Assembly: GCA_910592345.1 (NCBI GenBank)
Contig: CAJVPI010000008.1
Coordinates: 62,001 to 96,855, forward strand
Length of the DNA: 34,855 nt
Source: Paraglomus brasilianum
Lineage: Eukaryota
Direction: 5' to 3'
The notes under the pieces: generated by a model
What the model saw: the letters and a program-made list of their open reading frames with translations, nothing else
Database searches by the model: none
What the model was told of the DNA's origin: nothing
Program-made: the position numbers and the translations under genes
In this document: one piece after another, positions 26,537-34,855 of the stretch
Position numbering within the stretch: the stretch's first letter is position 1
Layout of the letters: each line of letters begins with the position of its first letter

Positions 26537-27473
26537 ATGTCACGAGGCAACTTTGGAGCTCGCGGGGGCTCTGGACGTGGACGTGGTGGATATTCAGGAA
26601 GAGGTAATATTTTGTATCTTTTTCGCCAATTATGTTATTTCGTGAACGGAGTCACATTGAATAATTGCATATTCTTTAGGTCGTGGGGGGGCTATGGCCT
26701 ACACTCAAGGCCCACCGAGTCATGTCCTCGGTATGATTTAATTATTCTCATTATTATCGTGACTAGTTATATGTATAATTGTTGAACATTCGTGATTTCT
26801 CCCCTCTTCCCCTCTCCCCCTCGCAGAAATGGGTCACTATCTTCATGAATGTGAAGGTGATATGGTCTGTCGCTCGTCAAATCCCAAAATACCATACTTT
26901 AATGCACCCATATATTTAGAGAACAAGCAACAGATAGGGAAAGTGGATGAAATATTAGGGCGAATAGAAGAAGTTTATTTCACAGTCAAATTACAGGAAA
27001 ACATATTGGCGAAATCTTTCAAATCACAGGACAAGGTTTACATAGCAGAGGATAAACTTTTGCCATTGGAGAGGTTCCTACCAAAACCACCCGTACCCAA
27101 AGTTAAAGGTAACCAAACTTGGTCTCGATAAATGAATGGAATCATTTGTGAGAATCGAAGTAGAATGAGCAATTGATATTGGTCTTTCATTTAGGTCCTA
27201 AAGGGAGAGGAGATCGAGGACGCGGTAAGTTACATAAAAGATAACGAATTAGTCTTTTTCTCCTCCTTTTACTACAGCTAGTGGCTAATCTTACTAATTT
27301 GAGTAGGACGCGGGGGTCGCGGACGTGGTCGTGGTGGAAATTTTGGTGGTCGCGGTAATTTTGGCGGTGGTCGCGGTGGTGGTTTCGGTAGTCGTGGTGG
27401 TGGTTTCGGTAGTCGCGGTGGCGGAAGTTCGCGCGGTGGATTCCGTGGTGGACGTAGTAGTAGACGTTGGTAG
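26537..27473 (+). CDS. GAR1: H/ACA snoRNP protein Gar1, 5 exons
   Basis: RGG-rich termini flank the core [22 protein letters not shown]...[25 protein letters not shown]...[12 protein letters not shown]. Confidence 0.95.
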
Positions 27474-28137
27474 AGTGATTACAATAAAGCTATCGGACCC
27501 TCCCCCCATGAATTGTTTTGAAATTTCGGCCGCTTCTTCTCTCTTTCCAGTTCACCGAACAATGTACGAATTGTGATTAGGACTTCTTCCTCTCAAAAGA
27601 TAAAGCCACACCTTAATTATAATTACTGCAGATTATGTCAACTAACCGTTCCCTTGCTCTCATCATGAAGGTTTGCGTTTCTTTGTTAATAGCACCTACA
27701 AACGCTAAAATACAAAATTGAATAATTATATAAAATCCATAAATAATATCACTATTTTACGAAAGACATAATTGGCTAGTTATTCAAACTAGCCGAGAGA
27801 GAGATTGTGTTCTCCGTGGGTTTGCTCTCACCATGAGCAATCTTTTTTTCGCGTCCAAGCGCTCATCGTTAATTCACGTCCCTATATCGTTGCTTGGTTA
27901 AACACGGCAAGCAATGGGTTTTTTATCTACAGTCATAGGAAAAATAATGATGATTAATGCAGACGGTTCATTATGTGATAAGATCATTAATTACCTTCAG
28001 CTTGCGCTTTCACATCCAGATTACTATATAAACGCTGTTTGTCAGATGGGGGATTTACAGATGGAATACTTTATTTCAAATCTTGACATTAACATAATCT
28101 TAATATATATATACATACATACTCTCTATCAATAAAT

Positions 28138-31100
28138 TTAAAGATATCTAACTTCATCGATACCTAAACTTCGCCTAACTTGTATAATAGCAACCAACTC
28201 CTTAATAGCCTCTTCCAGAATCACAATATTATTTAACAGGGCACTCAAAGTAATCTCGCTTGGTTTAATCTCCTTTGTCTTGGTCCTCGTAGACTTTTTG
28301 GATGAGAAGCCTTCTTCGTCATCCTCATCTACTAACTCATTGACATCCTCCTCCTCCTCGTCATTAACGAAATGTGCTGGAAACAGCGGTTGCACTTTAA
28401 TACTCTCCGTCTCTCGAGAATGAGTACCAAGAGTAGTAGTCACATTAGATGAAGATTGCGTAGGCGGAGCAGAATCTGCTCGATGAATAGAAGACATCTT
28501 CTGGTTACGTCCTGGTAAAGATGACGTAGTTCCCCTACGGCTTGGACTAGAGGAAAATGAACTGCTCACAATTGTACTGATAGATGACGGATACGCCGGA
28601 TTGCTCATCCTCCTTGATGGTTGGGGTGTATTAATTGGAATTGGCTGTCGGAAGTAGTTTTCATCAATCTCATCCTCAGTATCCAATAAACCCTGTCTAC
28701 GTTTCTTCAAGTGCTCATCAAAGCCATCAATCATGCTACGATAGTATTCAACTTGTTTTGTCAAGGTTCTGAAAATAGCAAAAAATATTGGAAAGTTTTT
28801 CCACTTGGGTATACCTCCAAGAGCTTTAGCGTCAGATGGAGTTGTATCCGCATTATCGTCAACCGATTTGTCATCATCATCATCATCCAACCCGTTGATT
28901 GGCTTGTCATCCCTATCCGCAAACGAATTGAAATCACTATCGATATCCCAATCCTTTGCCATAGCCTCTCGACGATCTCCACGATCAATTCGATCGACAC
29001 TACTGAATACAAGCCAGCCCTCTAATGATCTATAAGGACACATAGCTAGTGCAGAAATGACGCCGGTCAGCGCAAGGTTTAATTCGGGAGAATTTACGAA
29101 AAAATTAGCTAGCGCTCCAAGCAGGATTTGCAGGAGCGAATCACTCGGATTATGCCGATCCGTGGGATTCAACCGATGTCTAGGAACATCGGATATTCCC
29201 GTTGAAGAAAGCTTTCCTGCGCCCCTCTGACTGTATAAAATCTTCTGTCTTGTATTATTTGTTACTTTAGGCTTGGATGGTCCCTCTTCATTCCACTCCA
29301 AGTCTTGACCTTTACGATAACAAAGATCAGCTTCAATAATTGCCTCAGCATCACGAACGTAGTTTTCGTATCCATTCGTGAAAACATCCAATTTATTAGA
29401 AGGGTCGGTTATTGAAATGAGCGAGAAAAATAGATCGAGTTCTCTGGAATGATGACTAATAGTTGTCAATTTTTGAGGTCCACCAACACCAGGCGATACA
29501 GAGAAATCTGTCTGGCGCATTTCTTCCAAGTAGTGTGGTTTAGGGAAACACGTTGCGCTTTCATCCGGCTCGAAACTAAGAAGTCTGAGCGAGTACCTGC
29601 AGTGCTTAGAAATCATTGTGTGGAGCAATTTGAGAGCGGCAATGACAGTTGGCTGTGAAGACGACTTCAGTCGGGAGAAAATCAAATCTTTAAGCGTAAA
29701 TCGACCAACTGCGGTAAAATAAGGAGATGATGTGATTGTACTGGCTTCGACCCCGGCAAAAAGATTAATAGTACTTTGCCGTTTTTGCGCCTTGCTTGTA
29801 GCCTTTTTCTTCCAAAAATCTTCATTGTCACTATCTGAATCCATTAGAAAGCCGACAATAACATCAACCAGTTCTTCCTGCTCTATTGACTGTAGAATCA
29901 TATCAATATAAGATATGACAGCCACAGCCGAACCATCTGTATCTGAGCATTCCATGATTGATGGATATAAAATATTTTCGAGAAAGATGGATTTGATGTT
30001 TTGAAGAAGAGCAAGGGATATTTCGACACTCGGACAACGGTTTAATACATCCTGACAGAATTCCAACAGCTTACAGAATGAATCTAGTTGCACTTTGAAT
30101 GATAGAGACGACGACACTTCAATGCCATTCTGCCGAGCGCGGTCCATTTCCGCACTAGTATTATCCCCAAAGCCCAACAACGTAGCACTAGTAAGTACAC
30201 CAGTAGAACTTTTCACCATTAATTTACGAGGCAACTGTGAGTAGAGAGCACCCAAACCAGCAGACATAATCGTGGCGAAATCACTCTCTAAAATGAAATC
30301 TCCCAATTGACCTTGAGCCAGATCCATGATAAACAGCAAACCAGTACGAGCGAAATCACCACTTCGACCTTCTCTGTGTACGAACTGCAACAGATAAGAG
30401 AACAACAAAAATTCGTATTCTGGTTTCTCCGGCTCCTCGGTGAATTCTGTTGTCTTCAACGGTGTCATTGTAGTACTACCGCTGGCAACGGAAACCCCAT
30501 CGTCAGGATTCCCATCTTGACTGCTACTGGACGAAATACTCGTCTGTACACCGTGAGCTAACACACTTTTCGGTGCAGCTTTCTGCGGCGTAGTCAACCA
30601 GTGCACGTCGTGGAAAAAAATATTAAGCAGATCCGGAAACCCCTTCATCTTCCAACATATGTAATACATCAAATCGACCAAATCTTCATGGTATTTCTCA
30701 CTCTGTTGTTGATCTTGTACACATGTCCGCAATAACTTTACTGTCGGCTCGTGTACTGGCCGTTGAACAAGGAACTGATCGTCTAACATTTCAATCATGT
30801 AGGCGACGGTCCGGAGAACCTCTCCACGAACGCCAGCTGGAACGTCAGGTTCAGAGAGATCGACGAGCTTCTGAAGGATATCATTGCGTAGGAATTCTTC
30901 CATACAGAGACCAGTATTCTGGTCTTCTAAACTGAGACTTTCGTTACAGAGTGCGTCAGTCATAGTCTCGAGGTGCTTATGGATATCAATCAGTTCGACA
31001 TGTACTGGTTTTCGGTCTTTATCATCGGCAGGCGTCTCCAGCATAGACTAAAACATAAGGATCAATCATAAATATCGAAAACAACAGAAAAGACCGGTTT

Positions 31101-31279
31101 CGACATTTGTGTCAGCATCGACAAATGATATTCAGTAAATATAGAAAACGTTCACCTTTGTTAGCGAAACTCACCCTAACTGCATTCCAGCTACTATTGA
31201 ATCTTCCCAGCTGCTCGGCATGGCTAGGCTGCGCTTTGGGAGCCGTCAACTTATTCTTTAGCTTCGAGAAGAAATCCAT
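28138..31279 (-). CDS. FHIP/FAM160 (retinoic-acid-induced 16-like) protein, FTS-Hook-FHIP complex subunit; 2 exons (intron 31048-31174)
   Basis: CMEEFLRNDILQKLV, EFLLFSYLLQFVHREGRSGDFARTGLLFI, LGALYSQLP, LENILYPSIMECSD, FFVNSPELNLALTGVISALA, and the C-terminal LLNNIVILEEAIKELVAIIQVRRSL; first exon MDFFSKLKNK... Confidence 0.88.
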
Positions 31280-31899
31280 GGTCTCGTCAGCAGCTCATAA
31301 ATTTTTAGCGTCGTCATAAACAATACACTGAGATAAGGCCCGTAGCGCATCTTGTGTCTGTGTTTTCATCCTATCAAATACGAGTACTCAAATGGGGGCA
31401 AACAATGTAAATGGAGTGTCACAAAAGTGGCAAGGTATGCGTGACTTGATTAATTATTAATGGGTTGAATGTTTTATGATTCTTGCAATAACCATCACAG
31501 TATAATTATTTGACTTACAGACCGCCCCCTTCCTATGTGTCCAATGGAAGCTTAAGATATAATTTTAATATGACGAGATCGCATTAGTCGCATTGCCTTC
31601 CTGCTCTCCCTTTAGCGTCTTTTGGCTACACAAGGGATCAAATTCCGTAGGATCTATGATTTCATTATAAAGTAACGTACTTAATATTCTGTTACAATCA
31701 ACAAATATGAAAATATCATTATTTCGCATTGTTTACCTTACTCATTTGTCAAATGACTGCAGTCAGTAAACGATTAATGAGTTAACAAAATAATAATTTA
31801 TCACTTATAATGAGAAAGTAGCCATATCGCATCGAAGGTTGTTGGCGCGGCGATTGTGCATTCATGACTGGTTAGGTTTTTGTGCTTTTCACGTGACTT

Positions 31900-32252
31900 T
31901 CAAGCAACACACATGCCGCCAACAATCCGCAACAATACGGATGCCACATTATATGTAGAAATACTTCAAAAACATATCCCAGAGATTTATCAAACTCAAC
32001 AAGACAATGATCCAAAACATACCAGCTGTCTAGCCAAATCATTCCTTCAGGAAAATGTTACTGAAGCTATTGACAGGCTAAGTAACAGTCCTGACCTCAA
32101 AAAAGGATGCCTCAAAACTATGGTGAATTGGAGTGTTTTATAGCTGAGGAATGGAATGCCATTCCTGATGATGTCTTAGAAATTTAGTAAAGTCGATGTG
32201 GAAGAGATGTGAAGCAATCATTGAAAAAAATGGTGAACGAATCTCATTTTAA
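31900..32252 (+). mobile_element. Degenerate Tc1/mariner DDE transposase fragment (deletions and frameshifts)
   Basis: YVEILQKHI...QQDNDPKHTS...SNSPDL, then in shifted frames EEWNAIPDD..NLVKSMWKRCEAIIEKNGERISF*, which is the C-terminus of a Tc1 transposase; the NPIE segment is deleted. Confidence 0.85.
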
Positions 32253-32448
32253 TTAATACCAATAAAAACTATGACTTCTTAGCTTTAAAATGAGGTATCT
32301 TACATACTTATACTATTCAGAAAAATGGTTGTGTTGTTAATTGAATGATTTTTTGGAGGATCATCTCTTCTAAAGTGTTATAGGCATTGTTCTTGGACAG
32401 GATGATCAAGCAAAATGCTTCCAATTTTTCCAAGTATACCAGTTCATC

Positions 32449-32484
32449 AAGTCGTTTTTAGTTTATATAAACTAAAAACGACTT
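32449..32484. repeat. Perfect 36-bp palindrome
   Basis: AAGTCGTTTTTAGTTTAT|ATAAACTAAAAACGACTT is its own reverse complement, with no spacer. Confidence 0.95.
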
Positions 32485-33036
32485 AGATTAGACTATAATA
32501 GTATTCGTGGTTTTTGATTTTACCAAGGCAGTTGACAATCCTTTAGCAATTAGATTAGGTTGGGATACCCCATTGAAATTAAATGAATAAAACGATGTAT
32601 ATCCATTGGATAGCAGGCATTTATATTATTTATTAACGCATTAATATAAATACATCCTACTTGCCACTTTTATTAAGAAGCTGTCCGTATCCAGCTGTGA
32701 TTGAAATTGGGGTGAATGTTTTCAGTATCTTATTCGCTACTATTCTCAAATGAAATAGCTATCAGTATCCAGCCTGATTGAAGTTGAAGTAGATGTTGAA
32801 AAAATAAATAAATTCTGTAGTTTATTTATACCAAGGGGGGCTTTTTTGTGCCGGGTAAAACAGGTTGATATGAAAAAAATCAAAGTAAAAAATGTTACCA
32901 GCCCTCAGGGATAACGAAATAAAGTCTAAAGTACCAGCCCTCAGGGATACCTTAGATGGTTTTATTTTAAAGATATATATATATGAATAAGTTATATAAT
33001 TAATAAATAGATTAATCAGACAAATAGATATGTGTA

Positions 33037-33231
33037 TTATACATTGTTAACTTGTCGCATTTCTTCTCGAACTACCCATAATAATTGGTAATGTAATACT
33101 AATTCTGAAGTGCAGAGATCATCGGGTCTGTAGAAATGCTCTAGCCATTTTTCTTGTATTACCTTTACAGCTTTGATTTTTCTACCGATTTCTCTTGCAC
33201 GTTTTATCTTTGTATTTAGCAAACTTTTCAA
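33037..33231 (-). pseudogene. ATG-less coding fragment with an IQ-like motif (AVKVIQEKWLEHFYRP)
   Basis: Open frame with protein-like composition but no ATG; appears to be frameshifted against an upstream IEKFAKYK segment. Confidence 0.45.
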
Positions 33232-33308
33232 TCTAAAATAACTAAATAGAAGAAAATTCTAACTTTCCACGTACAAAATACTTTAGCCGAAAATTTTGTA
33301 TACATGAA

Positions 33309-34268
33309 CTAAACTCTACGCCTATGCCGTATATGTTCGCTTTCGACGTGGTTCATAAAATTATTGAAGATTTCATCGCATTTAGGACAGTTGAGGTTTA
33401 ATTCTGAAGATTCTTCTGAAGCTTCCAACCCTTCTGAAGATTCTTCCATTTCCGAAGCTTCCGACCTTTCTGGTGATTCTTCCATTTCCGAAGCTTCCGA
33501 CCTTTCTGGTAATTCTTGCATTTCTGATAATTTTTTCTGTGAATGATCACATAACATTGAATGGCAGAATCTACAACATAAAAAAGTGGTAATATAATAA
33601 CAATATACCTTAATAACTTCATCGATCTTCCACACTTCCAATGTAAATCCCGGTAAAACGTCCTCACCGCTGATGTCTCTCCATCCCCATGGATATCGTC
33701 TCATACCCCTCCTGTATAAATGAATTTTTTTGTTCACTGGATCTATTAACCACGCAAGTCGCACAGACGATTCCATCGCGAAATAATCATTTTTTATTTT
33801 AAAATCCAGCCTTTCGAAATCTGATTGCTTTGAGATGTCTGCGACTTTAACAGCGAATATAGGGGAGAAAGGTGGACCCTGGAAAGTTCGACGTTGCTGT
33901 TTAGTCAAGCTATCATATACTTCCCTAGATAGAAATGCAACATCTGGAGCATCGATTTTTCTTTGACCACCAACGTTAAAGTCGTATCCTCCTTGCGAAG
34001 TTGTGATAATACCATCCTGACGATTCCATACGTTCCAATTTCCGAGTTGTCTTGCAATCTCACCAACAACGGCTTCGAATTCAACAGTTACTTGTGGCAT
34101 AGGTACAAGTTTGCCGTTTTCATTGAGTTCAAAGAGGTTTATTGGTTGACCTTTAATTTCAATGGAACTTGTCTTGAGTTGTTTGTTGATTAATTTGAAT
34201 TCTTCTATGGTATAGCTCAGGTCGAGGTCTAAGTTTTCAAGAATCATTTTCTGCCCAGACACGTTCAT
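33309..34268 (-). CDS. Uma2-family (PD-(D/E)XK, restriction-endonuclease-like) protein with acidic repeats and a C-terminal C2H2-like finger; probable in-frame intron 33537-33608
   Basis: FELNENGKLVPMP, SQGGYDF, APDVAF, PPFSPIFAV, LAWLIDPVNKKIHLY, ISGEDVLPGFTL; tail CPKCDEIFNNFMNHVESEH. Confidence 0.82.
   Translation of the reverse strand: MNVSGQKMILENLDLDLSYTIEEFKLINKQLKTSSIEIKGQPINLFELNENGKLVPMPQVTVEFEAVVGEIARQLGNWNVWNRQDGIITTSQGGYDFNVGGQRKIDAPDVAFLSREVYDSLTKQQRRTFQGPPFSPIFAVKVADISKQSDFERLDFKIKNDYFAMESSVRLAWLIDPVNKKIHLYRRGMRRYPWGWRDISGEDVLPGFTLEVWKIDEVIKVYCYYITTFLCCRFCHSMLCDHSQKKLSEMQELPERSEASEMEESPERSEASEMEESSEGLEASEESSELNLNCPKCDEIFNNFMNHVESEHIRHRRRV
33404..33527 (-). repeat. 36-bp (12-aa) coding tandem repeat EMEESPERSEAS, 2 near-perfect copies plus degenerate flanks
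   Basis: ATTCTTCCATTTCCGAAGCTTCCGACCTTTCTGGT at 33440 and 33476. Confidence 0.9.
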
Positions 34269-34479
34269 AGCATTTGTATTAAAGGAGTATATTACGTAAG
34301 TGAATCATATTTATAATATTCATCATTATCACGTGATATATATATTTTTTATAATTTAGAACTTTATTGCCTAACTACAGATAAACTGCTAAAAATAGTT
34401 TTAACATATATGTAAAACATATAGAGGTATACAAGTACGCATCAAATCGTTTTCAATGATCAACTAGATAAAAAATCGG

Positions 34480-34855
34480 TTCAGGAACCGTTCTATGGGC
34501 TCTTATATTTTTTAATGGCAAATTCTGCCTGTCGTCCCTCAAATTCCTTCATATAGCAATCCATAAATCGTTTGGACCTTAGTGCGTATTTTCGTATTGT
34601 CTGTAGAGAAATAGAATCAAATGCAGATGGAAGAGTTTCACTGTTCCAAGTGTGATTGCAATGTTGTGTATATCGTTTAGCAGCGTCCTAATATTGCTCA
34701 ATGAAATTTAACTCAGGATGGAATTTGGAATAGAAGATAACTTTGTGGCCCATGCTCTCAATTACCTCTTTGAGTAGTGGTTTGTTAGCTTTGAAATATT
34801 CTTGCGCTGCAAGAATATGACGCGCACAACAATCATCATTCGTTACAATCGTTTT
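34480..34855 (-). mobile_element. Pseudogenised IS630/Tc1/mariner-superfamily DDE transposase C-terminus; continues beyond the window edge
   Basis: Minus frame reads DDCCARHILAAQEYF...IESMGHKVIFYSKFHPELNFIEQY*DAAKRY...IRKYALRSKRFMDCY...AEFAIKKYKS, with an internal TAG at 34688-34690 where Trp is expected. Confidence 0.8.

Noticed and set aside
27294..27576. Val-rich and Thr-rich ORFs
   Set aside because: Alternative frames of the GAR1 RGG-coding exon.
28711..31319. Several ORFs overlapping the FHIP gene
   Set aside because: Shadow frames of a long conserved CDS, with no recognisable motifs.
1..34855. U12-type (minor) introns, tRNA or rRNA genes
   Set aside because: No [GA]TATCCTT donor at any intron I reconstructed, and no cloverleaf or rRNA-like sequence noticed by eye.

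Overview
Eukaryotic, intron-rich fungal DNA, most consistent with an early-diverging Mucoromycota/Glomeromycotina-type genome (inference from intron style, a KCTD-type BTB gene, a Uma2-like gene and degenerate transposons). Positions 1-31.3 kb hold ten spliced genes that I reconstructed by reading GT/GC-AG junctions: a BTB/POZ protein, Rad21 cohesin kleisin, ATP synthase subunit h, a HotDog thioesterase-like protein, folylpolyglutamate synthase (FPGS), a DCAF7/An11-type WD40 protein, a cytochrome b5-aldehyde dehydrogenase gene, a TMEM70-like protein, the CCA-adding enzyme, GAR1 and an FHIP/FAM160 protein. A 5.6 kb repeat-bearing gap (13.9-19.5 kb) interrupts them. Positions 31.8-34.9 kb are a decayed mobile-element patch with two IS630/Tc1/mariner remnants, a perfect 36-bp palindrome and a Uma2-like nuclease gene. 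The most notable item is an apparent in-frame splice fusion of an unanchored cytochrome b5 heme domain to a complete aldehyde dehydrogenase. Second is an oversized, probably GC-AG intron in FPGS with possible secondary structure and a cryptic stop-containing exon.
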